Virus record (IMG/VR): IMGVR_UViG_3300031784_000002
DNA from: a virus
Lineage: Duplodnaviria > Caudoviricetes
Strand: one strand, 5' to 3'
Length of the DNA: 64,000 nt
Part shown: positions 10,199 to 18,709 of the stretch, in pieces
How positions within the stretch are numbered: position 1 is the stretch's first letter
Layout of the letters: each line of letters begins with the position of its first letter
Program-made: the position numbers and the translations under genes
The notes under the pieces: generated by a model
Databases searched by the model: none
What the model saw: only the letters and a program-made list of their open reading frames with translations
Told to the model about the DNA's origin: nothing

Positions 10199-11277
10199 TG
10201 GCTAACTCAGATAAAAATATTCTAATAACTCCCAATAAAAATGCCTCTGGTATTCCAGAAATTGCTCTGACTGGTTTTGGCAATTCTACAATTTCAATAA
10301 GAGTACCAGATGACACAACAGGAACTCTTTCTTTTGAAAATTCCGGTAGAAGATTATTTTCAATAGATACCAACTTAAGTTCGGGAGAATTGTTTAAAGT
10401 TGTAAATAATACTTCCCAAGCACCAGTATTCAATGTTAATTCTAATGGAAATTTAATTTTATCGCCAAAATTAGGGACAACAAATATTAGTGGAAATGGA
10501 ATAACACTTCCATCTTATAGTAGCAATTCATTACCGGATGGAGAAGAAGGACTTTTAATATATGATAGAACACTAAAAATTGTACGTATATATTCAGATA
10601 ATAAATGGGTAAATTTGGGAAATCCACCAATTGTAACTAGTGGATTGGCCCTTAGATTGGATGCAAGTGATATTCGTTCATATCCCGGAAATGGTTCAAT
10701 ATGGTATGATCTAAGTGGATATAATAACAACTGCAATTGGAGCAGCACACCTTCATTTGATCATAGGGGATTTTTTAGATTCAATGGATCAAGTCATGCA
10801 GGAGTTATTACCAATAATGGAAGTTTGAATACCAATTATGAACAAACTTTAATAATGGTACTGAAACATAATTATAACTCAGGAAGAAGAAATCCATGGA
10901 ACCAAGCATACGCTGGTTTTGGAACTTGGACTCATGAACAGGGGGAAAATATTAGTTGGTATTTTGGTGATGGTGGCGGAGATAATAGTCCATACTTGGG
11001 ATATAGTAGCCCATCAACACCCCGAAATAGATGGAACATTCTTGCTACTGTTAGAAATATTTCAAATTATCAGTGGTATTATGATGGAATTTCTACCGGT
11101 GTTTCTTCAAATCCTTATGCAGTTTTAACAGATAGTAGCGCAAATATTACAATAGGAAATGGATATGCTGGATATTGGCAAGGTGACATGGGAATGGTTC
11201 TTATGTACAGAAGAGCTTTGACTACTGACGAAATTCTCCAGACTTATAATGTCATAAGACTTCGTTATCCGATATAA
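10198..11277 (+). CDS. Adhesin cassette gene B2: LamG head
   Basis: First 33 codons identical to B1; GLALRLDAS...SYPGNG..WYDLSG, MYRRALT..EI. Confidence 0.75.
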   Translation: MANSDKNILITPNKNASGIPEIALTGFGNSTISIRVPDDTTGTLSFENSGRRLFSIDTNLSSGELFKVVNNTSQAPVFNVNSNGNLILSPKLGTTNISGNGITLPSYSSNSLPDGEEGLLIYDRTLKIVRIYSDNKWVNLGNPPIVTSGLALRLDASDIRSYPGNGSIWYDLSGYNNNCNWSSTPSFDHRGFFRFNGSSHAGVITNNGSLNTNYEQTLIMVLKHNYNSGRRNPWNQAYAGFGTWTHEQGENISWYFGDGGGDNSPYLGYSSPSTPRNRWNILATVRNISNYQWYYDGISTGVSSNPYAVLTDSSANITIGNGYAGYWQGDMGMVLMYRRALTTDEILQTYNVIRLRYPI

Positions 11278-11280
11278 ATA
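11273..11280 (+). promoter_or_regulatory. Late promoter TATAAATA (cassette 3)
   Basis: Perfect consensus overlapping the B2 stop codon. Confidence 0.8.
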
Positions 11281-11309
11281 TAAAAAAAGATGATTTTACA
11301 ATAATATAA

Positions 11310-12890
11310 ATGGCAATAAGTATTGGCCAAACTTCTATTACTCCAACTAATGCAGATCTTCTTTTTTACTTAGATCCTGCGATTAGTTATAATTACACTT
11401 TATCTGACGTTGAAGTTCTCGTAGTCGCTGGAGGCGGCGGAGGAGGCGGCTGGGGAGGAGGAGGAGGCGGTGGGGGTGTAGTTTATAATAGATTGTATCC
11501 GGTGACTCCTGGTACTGGAATTAATATTTCTATTGGAAATGGAGGAAGTCCAGGAACTAACGCATATACCTCCGGTGGAGATGGAGAAAGTTCAGTTTTT
11601 GGTACTATTACTGCAATAGGTGGAGGAGGCGGCGGACATTATAATGGGAATAATGGTAGAGCTGGTGGATCCGGAGGAGGCGGCGGTGGAGCCTCAAATG
11701 CAACTTATGGATTCGTGACCACTGGTGGCTCTGGTACTCCGAGACAAGGAAATAATGGAGGTAGAGGTGGTGGGCTCCCTGACGGTTCAATCTATAATCC
11801 AGGTGGAGGTGGAGGTGGAGCTGGAGAACGTGGATATGATTTTGATATTAATCTTAGACTGGGTGGAAAGGGTGGAGATGGACTGCCATTTAATATTTCT
11901 GGAAGATTAAAATATTATGGCGGCGGTGGAGGAGGCCATACAGATGGTAGAGGTGGAACCAACTCAACTTCTTTTGGAGGAAAAGGTGGTGGAGGTCGTG
12001 GAGGAAATTATGGCATTCCACGAAGAGGATTAGATGGTGCTCCAAATACTGGAGGTGGGGGAGGGGGATCTTATGGAACCTCATCCGGATATGAGTGTGG
12101 TGCTGGTGGTTCTGGAGTAGTCATCATTCGTTATCCAGGATTACAAAAAGCATCAGGTGGAAACACTATCACTCAGGTTGATGGTTATACTATTCACACG
12201 TTTACTTCGGGTGGAACTTTTACTCCAAATACAGCACCAACAAATGGAGGTGGTTTGAATGGACTTCAAGATTTGGGTCCAAATGGATATAATTTCTATC
12301 AAGTCAATACACCAACTTATAATACAAGTAGATCTGGAACAATTGATTTCAACGGAACTAGTGCATACTTGGAATCCGTTTTACCAACAAGATATAGTGC
12401 AGCATCCGTTTATACTATTAATATGTGGTTTAAAATTAATGGTGCCCCTAGTGGTGCAAGTGGAAATCAGGCCAATTTCTTGATAGATTTAGATGTTACT
12501 GGTGGATCTTTCAATGGATTGATAGTTGATTGGCAGCCATACTTGTCAGGAAGTTCGCAAATGAGATTTGCATATGCAACTAGACCATCTAGTGGTGGAT
12601 CTTATACACCTCTACTAGGATCAGTTTTAACTCAGGGGGTATGGTATAATGGTTGTGTTGTAAAAAATGGAACTACAGAAACCAGACTATATTTAAATGG
12701 ATCTTTAGAATCTACATATTCTGGCAATATGCCTTCTTGGGGCACAAATACTGTCCGAATAGCTAGATGGACTGATGGAACAGTATATTCCAATTGTTCT
12801 GTTGGTGTAGTTTGGGTTCAAAATAAAGCCTTAACTGCTTCTGAAGTTTTGCAAAACTTTAATGCACTTAAAGGGAGGTATCAAGTCTGA
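11310..12890 (+). CDS. Adhesin cassette gene A3: Gly-rich plus LamG
   Basis: Paralogue of A1/A2 with the same architecture. Confidence 0.75.
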   Translation: MAISIGQTSITPTNADLLFYLDPAISYNYTLSDVEVLVVAGGGGGGGWGGGGGGGGVVYNRLYPVTPGTGINISIGNGGSPGTNAYTSGGDGESSVFGTITAIGGGGGGHYNGNNGRAGGSGGGGGGASNATYGFVTTGGSGTPRQGNNGGRGGGLPDGSIYNPGGGGGGAGERGYDFDINLRLGGKGGDGLPFNISGRLKYYGGGGGGHTDGRGGTNSTSFGGKGGGGRGGNYGIPRRGLDGAPNTGGGGGGSYGTSSGYECGAGGSGVVIIRYPGLQKASGGNTITQVDGYTIHTFTSGGTFTPNTAPTNGGGLNGLQDLGPNGYNFYQVNTPTYNTSRSGTIDFNGTSAYLESVLPTRYSAASVYTINMWFKINGAPSGASGNQANFLIDLDVTGGSFNGLIVDWQPYLSGSSQMRFAYATRPSSGGSYTPLLGSVLTQGVWYNGCVVKNGTTETRLYLNGSLESTYSGNMPSWGTNTVRIARWTDGTVYSNCSVGVVWVQNKALTASEVLQNFNALKGRYQV

Positions 12891-14044
12891 TGGCTAATTC
12901 TGATAAAGATATTTTAATAACGCCTAATAAAAATGTTTCTGGGTTACCAGAAATAAGATTTACTGGATTTGGTAATTCAAGTCTCTCTCTTGTAGTTGCA
13001 GATGATAATACTGGAAAGATAAACTTTGTAAGTTCTGGTGCAACTGCTTTTTCAATTGATACCAATGTAAATAATGGAGTATTACTTAACGTTGCTGACA
13101 GAAATTCAGTACCACTTTTAGAAATTTCCGACACAAATTCTTTACTTGGATATGAATTGGGTACTGTTTCCGTGGAAGGTGATGGAATAGTATTACCTTC
13201 TTATGGAACAACTGCATTACCAATAGGAACTCCAGAAGGAACTATTGTTTATGATGATAACCATCAAGTAGCAAAAGTATATAATGGCACTGTTTGGACA
13301 CCAATTGGTGGCAGAAAAAATGGATTAACTGCTGATACCGCGGCAGAATCAACAGAACAATTAATCACAGATTATCCGGATTCTCCAACTGGTTTTTATT
13401 GGATTCTCGTTGATAGAATCCCACAACTATTTTGGGTTGACATGGTTTATGAGGGTGGAGGATGGATTCTTGTATTAAATAATAGAATTAATACAAATGG
13501 AATGACAGGATTGAATTATCAATCAGCAACTACTAGAGTAATTAATTATAGAGGAAATTATTATTCAGCAACAGGAAATAATCCTACAAACTTTAATCTT
13601 TGGGTTGGATTAGATGCATGGGTAAAATTAGCTAATGCCAACTTTAGTACATCAAATAGAGTTGTTGAATTTGTTGCCTCTGCATATCAACCCCTTGGGG
13701 CAGTTCATCAACATACAAAAAGGGCTAGTTGGGATTGGAGTGGTTGGGGTGGTGCTTACGCTTGGCAAGGTCTTGCAAATACTTATTTAGAGTTGGGTGG
13801 ATCTCTACCAGGATTATACTCATATCACGCAGCAAATGGATATAATTTAACTACTTTTGATGTAGACCAAGATGTAGCTGGTAACAATTGTTCTACTGCT
13901 TATTTTAATCAACCGAATTGGTATGGTGCATGTTGGTCTGGTAGTCCTTTTGGGGGAGGTGGTTCCGGCAGTCATGCTGATGCTTGGTTCTGGGATAGTT
14001 CTACTAGCGACTATCACAATTATGGTGCTTTATACGTTAGGTAA
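12890..14044 (+). CDS. Adhesin cassette gene B3: fibrinogen C-terminal-like (FReD) head
   Basis: MANSDKDILITPN N-terminus; DM..EGGGWILV, TTFDVDQD...NNCS and NWYGACW match fibrinogen-domain motifs. Confidence 0.7.
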   Translation: MANSDKDILITPNKNVSGLPEIRFTGFGNSSLSLVVADDNTGKINFVSSGATAFSIDTNVNNGVLLNVADRNSVPLLEISDTNSLLGYELGTVSVEGDGIVLPSYGTTALPIGTPEGTIVYDDNHQVAKVYNGTVWTPIGGRKNGLTADTAAESTEQLITDYPDSPTGFYWILVDRIPQLFWVDMVYEGGGWILVLNNRINTNGMTGLNYQSATTRVINYRGNYYSATGNNPTNFNLWVGLDAWVKLANANFSTSNRVVEFVASAYQPLGAVHQHTKRASWDWSGWGGAYAWQGLANTYLELGGSLPGLYSYHAANGYNLTTFDVDQDVAGNNCSTAYFNQPNWYGACWSGSPFGGGGSGSHADAWFWDSSTSDYHNYGALYVR

Positions 14045-14049
14045 AATTT

Positions 14050-14451
14050 ATGGAACCAATTAAAAGGAAATCAAACAAATTAAATATTTTAAAGTCTGAG
14101 GATGTATATAAATTAGTTTGGATAAATGATGACGAAATTATTTTTTCAGAAAAATATATTATTTCTTTTGATTCTGAAAATAATCCAACTAATTTCAATC
14201 TAACAGAAATCATTGAACATAAAAAACATTGTTGTTTAGATATTGATGACGAAAATTTTCAAGTAATTGAAGAAGAAAATTTTAGTTTTATTATTGGTGT
14301 AAATGATGCAATTAATGATTTGCGACCTGGATCAAAATATCAGTTAAACGGTAAAACATTTACTTATTGGGAACATGATTCTCAACCACCGTCTTGGGAA
14401 GAAATTTCTTTACACATAAAAAAAATGCAGAGGGATTTGGATTCAAACTAG
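14050..14451 (+). CDS. Hypothetical protein, possible fibre assembly helper
   Basis: 133-aa ORF directly after the fibre cassettes; C-terminal AINDLRPGSKYQL...W...PPSWEEI resembles small ORFs that often follow phage fibre genes. Confidence 0.45.
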   Translation: MEPIKRKSNKLNILKSEDVYKLVWINDDEIIFSEKYIISFDSENNPTNFNLTEIIEHKKHCCLDIDDENFQVIEEENFSFIIGVNDAINDLRPGSKYQLNGKTFTYWEHDSQPPSWEEISLHIKKMQRDLDSN

Positions 14452-14470
14452 TTAAATTTAAAGTTTAATT

Positions 14471-14478
14471 TATAAATA
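14471..14478 (+). promoter_or_regulatory. Late promoter TATAAATA for g13, overlapping a hairpin
   Basis: Consensus; hairpin AAATACCTCTAG-AAGA-CTAGGGGTATTT. Confidence 0.8.
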
Positions 14479-14505
14479 CCTCTAGAAGACTAGGGGTATT
14501 TTTTT

Positions 14506-15336
14506 ATGGCGCAACCATCTAGTAGGGCGGAGTTGAAAGAATACTGCCTTAAGCAACTAGGAAAGCCAGTTTTAGAAATAAACGTAGATGATGATCAGAT
14601 TGATAATCTGATTGATGATGCGATTCAGTATTTCCATGAGAGGCATTATGATGGTATTGATCGTATATTCCTGAAGCACAAACTTACTCCTTCAACCAAA
14701 ACAACTTTAGCTCAACCAGGTCCAGTTGGAAGTGCAACTACTTCTCCAGTAGTTGTTGGTTCTGGGTTAACTTCTGCCACTTATGTTGAAGGAGTTAATT
14801 ATCTTCCTCTCCCAGACTCTATTATCGGCGTAAATAATATTCTGAAAATTAATTCAAGTACCGTATCTGATGGTCTTTTTAATATCAAATATCAATTATT
14901 TTTAAATGATGTTTACTATTATGGTGCATTAGATCTTCTCAACTATGCAATGGTTAAGAGATATCTTGAGGATTTGGATTTTCTTTTAAACCCTAATGCA
15001 CAAATTCGTTTTAACAAATTAAATCATAAATTATACTTAGATATAGACTGGCAACAAGTTGGTGAAAATGAATATGTAATTATTGATTGTTATAGAATTG
15101 TAGACCCATCGGATGCTCCCAAACTTTATAATGATTGGTGGTTAAAAAAATACCTCACTGCATTAATCAAGAAACAGTGGGGACAAAACATGATTAAATT
15201 TAATGGTGTTTTACTTCCTGGAGGAGTTCAACTCAATGGAAGACAAATCTATGATGATGGAGTTGCAGAAGTAGAGAAACTTGAACAACAACTTAAGGAT
15301 GAGTACGAATTACCACCACTTGATCTCATAGGTTGA
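14506..15336 (+). CDS. g13: Neck protein gp13
   Basis: LKEYCLKQLGKPVLEINVDDDQI...IDDAIQYF.ERHYDG and GGVQLNG signatures; synteny. Confidence 0.95.
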   Translation: MAQPSSRAELKEYCLKQLGKPVLEINVDDDQIDNLIDDAIQYFHERHYDGIDRIFLKHKLTPSTKTTLAQPGPVGSATTSPVVVGSGLTSATYVEGVNYLPLPDSIIGVNNILKINSSTVSDGLFNIKYQLFLNDVYYYGALDLLNYAMVKRYLEDLDFLLNPNAQIRFNKLNHKLYLDIDWQQVGENEYVIIDCYRIVDPSDAPKLYNDWWLKKYLTALIKKQWGQNMIKFNGVLLPGGVQLNGRQIYDDGVAEVEKLEQQLKDEYELPPLDLIG

Positions 15337-15337
15337 T

Positions 15338-16768
15338 ATGTCACCACTCAATTCTTATTTTTTACAAGGATCTCCGAGTGAGCAAAGACTTATTCAAGAT
15401 CTAATCAACGAACAACTTAAGATGTATGGACAAGATGTTCTATACATGCCAAGAAGAATTATTGGTGAAAATACAGTCATTAAAGAAGTCACTGCTTCAA
15501 AATTTGATGATAGTTTTCGTATTGAAGCCTATCTAATGAACTTTGAAGGTTTCAGTGGGAACGGAGATATTCTTAGTAAGTTTGGAGTCAGAAGTAATGA
15601 TGAAATTAATCTCGTAATCTCCAAAGAAAGATATGATGATTTTATTTCTCCTTTGTTGAAATTATGGCCAGAAACTGAAAGAAAACTTGCATATAGACCA
15701 CAAGAAGGAGATTTAATTTGGTTTCCTCTTGACGAGTCTTTATTTGAAATCAAGTATGTTGAAGGTAAAAAACCTTTCTATCAACTTAATAATCTTTATG
15801 TCTATGAGTTAAGATGTGAGAGATTTGAATATGAAGATGAGATTATTGATGTTCCAGAGGTTGATCCAACGGGTATTGAAGTCAACGAATCAATCAAAGA
15901 TCTTGGAAACATTTATACTATTCAAATGGTTGGAACTGGAGCTACAACTGCAGTTGCAACTGTAGGTTTTGCTACTACTAATCCAAATTCCAAGTCTGTT
16001 CAGTATGTTGATCTTATCAATGACGGATATGGATATACTTCCGCTCCTGTAGTTTCAATCTCTACTGCTCCGGCCGGAGGACTAACTGCAACTGCTGTTG
16101 CAATTATGACAAGTAGATCATCAAATCAGAAACTATCAATTGATAAAATTCTCATTACAAATCCAGGATTTGGATATACTGAACCACCAGTTATCATGAT
16201 TTCTGGTGGAGGTGGTGCTGGAGGTATCGCTACCGCAGTTATTAATAATAGAGTTCTTGGAATTGTTGGGTTATCTTCCGGTGGAGTTGGATATACTACT
16301 ACTCCACAAGTTACGATTCAAAGAATATTCATTCCTTCTGGTGCAGGCATTTCTTCAAACATCAACAATGCTCAAGCAGAAGCTGTAATCAATTCAAATG
16401 GAGTTGTTGTTGCGGTTCGTTATTCAAACGCTGGTGCTGGATACACATTTACTCCAACAATATCTTTCACAAATCCAACTGCAACCTCTTTCGGTGATTA
16501 CGATTATAACGAAGTTGTTACCGGAACAAGAACAGGTACAACTGGTTATGTAAGAAGTTGGGATGCTACAAATAGAGTTCTTAAGCTTTCTGTAGTTGAT
16601 GGAACTTTTGCAAGAGGTGAAGCGATTGTTGGTGTCGCAGCAAGTTACAAAGTATCTACGGTTCAGACAAATGAATTCTTAGACCTTTACGCAGAAAATA
16701 TTCAAATTGAAAATGCTGCTGATAATATTGTAGATTTCAGTCAGAGAAATCCATTTGGCGAATACTAA
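15338..16768 (+). CDS. g14: Neck protein gp14 with internal repeat insertion
   Basis: EQRLIQDLINEQLKMYGQDV.YMPR, SKFG, RPQEGDLIWFP; synteny. Confidence 0.92.
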   Translation: MSPLNSYFLQGSPSEQRLIQDLINEQLKMYGQDVLYMPRRIIGENTVIKEVTASKFDDSFRIEAYLMNFEGFSGNGDILSKFGVRSNDEINLVISKERYDDFISPLLKLWPETERKLAYRPQEGDLIWFPLDESLFEIKYVEGKKPFYQLNNLYVYELRCERFEYEDEIIDVPEVDPTGIEVNESIKDLGNIYTIQMVGTGATTAVATVGFATTNPNSKSVQYVDLINDGYGYTSAPVVSISTAPAGGLTATAVAIMTSRSSNQKLSIDKILITNPGFGYTEPPVIMISGGGGAGGIATAVINNRVLGIVGLSSGGVGYTTTPQVTIQRIFIPSGAGISSNINNAQAEAVINSNGVVVAVRYSNAGAGYTFTPTISFTNPTATSFGDYDYNEVVTGTRTGTTGYVRSWDATNRVLKLSVVDGTFARGEAIVGVAASYKVSTVQTNEFLDLYAENIQIENAADNIVDFSQRNPFGEY

Positions 16769-16795
16769 ATAATTATTACTCCAGAATAACTTGTA

Positions 16796-17848
16796 ATGAT
16801 ATCAAATTATTTTTATCACGAAATATTGAGAAAGACCATCGTATCTTTCGGTACTCTTTTTAATGATATTCAAATCAAACATAAAGATAATGCAGGCGAT
16901 GATTTTAGTATCTTAACTGTGCCGATTGCTTATGGTCCGGTTCAAAAGTTTTTAGCTAGAATCGAACAAGTTCCCGACCTAAAAAAGAGAGTAGCTATAA
17001 CTCTTCCAAGAATGTCATTTGAAATGACTGGTATTCAATATGATCCTTCTCGAAAGTCTTCGACAATGCAGACTTTTAAAACAGTTGATAAGACTAGTAA
17101 TAATGAATTAACACAGGTTTTTATGCCTGTTCCATATAATGTTAATATTCGTCTTTCAATTATGTCTAAATTGAATGAAGATGCTTTGCAAATTGTAGAA
17201 CAAATACTACCTTACTTTCAACCACATTTTAACTTAACAGTAGATCTCGTATCGAGTATTGGAGAAAAACGAGATATTCCAATGATTCTGGAGAGAATCA
17301 CAATGGATGATCAGTATGAGGGTGATTTTACTACAAGAAGGATTTTAATTTATACTCTAGATTTTACCGCAAAAACATACCTATTTGGTCCAGTTGGAAA
17401 TGGTAATGAGGCGTTAATCAAACAGGTTCAAGTCGATTATTACACAAATACAAATAGAGTTAATCCTTCAAGACAACTTAGATATGTTGCTGAACCAAGA
17501 GCAATTAAAGATTACAATAACGATGAAATTACTATAGTTTCAGAAAATATTTCTGAAAATGTCACTGAGTTTAATGTATCTGATGCAACTGGATTAATTG
17601 TAAATTCATACATTCAAATTGACAATGAATCCATGTTTATTCGTAGTATTAATGGAAATACTTTATTGGTAAATAGAGGTCAAGATAATACTGATATTAC
17701 AACTCACTCATCCGGAACTGCGGTTAATGTGATTAATAATGCAGATGATGAACTAATAGATATGGATGATGACTTTGGATTCAGTGAATATCGTTATGAT
17801 TTTGCTGACGGTAAGATTTATAGTACAACAAAAGGAATTGATGTATGA
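16796..17848 (+). CDS. g15: Tail sheath stabiliser/terminator gp15
   Basis: YFYHEILRKTIVSFGTLFNDI, VPIAYGP..KFLAR, LPRMSFE, QIVEQILPYFQP. Confidence 0.95.
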   Translation: MISNYFYHEILRKTIVSFGTLFNDIQIKHKDNAGDDFSILTVPIAYGPVQKFLARIEQVPDLKKRVAITLPRMSFEMTGIQYDPSRKSSTMQTFKTVDKTSNNELTQVFMPVPYNVNIRLSIMSKLNEDALQIVEQILPYFQPHFNLTVDLVSSIGEKRDIPMILERITMDDQYEGDFTTRRILIYTLDFTAKTYLFGPVGNGNEALIKQVQVDYYTNTNRVNPSRQLRYVAEPRAIKDYNNDEITIVSENISENVTEFNVSDATGLIVNSYIQIDNESMFIRSINGNTLLVNRGQDNTDITTHSSGTAVNVINNADDELIDMDDDFGFSEYRYDFADGKIYSTTKGIDV

Positions 17849-18261
17849 ATTTTGAAGACATTGATACAGCTTTAGATATTGAACCAACAGAAATTGTAAA
17901 GTCGGAACCAGTTCCAGTATTAAAACCACAGGAGACAGAACAACTTCAAAAAGATTATGAATATTCTAGAGGACAACTCTATTCTATTATTGAAAAGGGA
18001 CAAGAAGCAATTAATGGAATTCTAGAACTTGCACAAGAATCCGACTCCCCAAGAGCTTATGAAGTTGCTGGTCAATTGATCAAAAACGTTGGGGACGTTA
18101 CGGACAAGTTATTAGATCTTCAGAAGAAAATGAAGGATATTAACAAGGAGGAAAAAGGTGTGACTCCAACAAGTGTAACTAATAATGCCGTCTTTTTTGG
18201 TTCTACTGCGGAACTCCAAAAGTTTCTGAAGAGTTCCATGAATCAAGATACATCTAAATAA
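17845..18261 (+). CDS. g16: Terminase small subunit gp16
   Basis: DYEYSRGQLY...A.ESDSPRAYEVAGQLIK; TNNAVFFGSTAELQK. Confidence 0.92.
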   Translation: MNFEDIDTALDIEPTEIVKSEPVPVLKPQETEQLQKDYEYSRGQLYSIIEKGQEAINGILELAQESDSPRAYEVAGQLIKNVGDVTDKLLDLQKKMKDINKEEKGVTPTSVTNNAVFFGSTAELQKFLKSSMNQDTSK

Positions 18262-18285
18262 TAGATAGACTACCAAAATAGATAA

Positions 18286-18708
18286 ATGAAAACGTTTAAA
18301 GATTTTTGTGCAGAGGCATATTCTATTGATGAAATGGCAATGAATCCAAAGAGTCGTTTTGTTACTCAGGGTCAGATGAGAAATTATGAAAAAGATAGAA
18401 TTGGATCCCAGAGTTTTTCTGATAGAGGTGGATATGCAGGACTCAAAGCAGGTGGTGGCCAAGCAGCATTGAAAAAAGGAAGTAGTGTCAGTGATGTTCT
18501 TTATGCGGGACAAAAAGCAAAGCAAGCAAAGGCACAACAAGATTTTTCAAATAAAATAAACAGACCTACTCAACATCAATCTGGACCAGCAAAGAAACCA
18601 ATGGATGATTTTGCTGCTGGTGGTGGAAATGCTAAGATGAAATCAACTGGTATGACTAAAGATCAAGTGATTGCACTTGGAAAGAAAAACGTATCTAATC
18701 AAAAGTAA
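18286..18708 (+). CDS. Putative internal head protein (capsid-targeting-like N-terminus MKTFKDFCAE)
   Basis: The N-terminus resembles the T4 internal-protein CTS MKTYQEFIAE; late promoter CTAAATA at 18254; basic G/A/K-rich body with two AGGG.A..K.G repeats. Confidence 0.55.
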   Translation: MKTFKDFCAEAYSIDEMAMNPKSRFVTQGQMRNYEKDRIGSQSFSDRGGYAGLKAGGGQAALKKGSSVSDVLYAGQKAKQAKAQQDFSNKINRPTQHQSGPAKKPMDDFAAGGGNAKMKSTGMTKDQVIALGKKNVSNQK

Positions 18709-18709
18709 T

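Noticed and set aside
6919-10296. Diversity-generating retroelement (template/variable repeat pair)
   Set aside because: The repeats are exactly identical with no adenine-specific mismatches, and no reverse transcriptase lies in the window.
6290-12120. GGT/GGA-rich tracts as a CRISPR array or G-quadruplex system
   Set aside because: They are polyglycine codons inside ORFs, with no constant repeat-spacer periodicity and no cas genes.
6181-14044. Invertase-driven shufflon
   Set aside because: All repeats and genes are in direct orientation; no recombinase or inverted crossover sites are seen.
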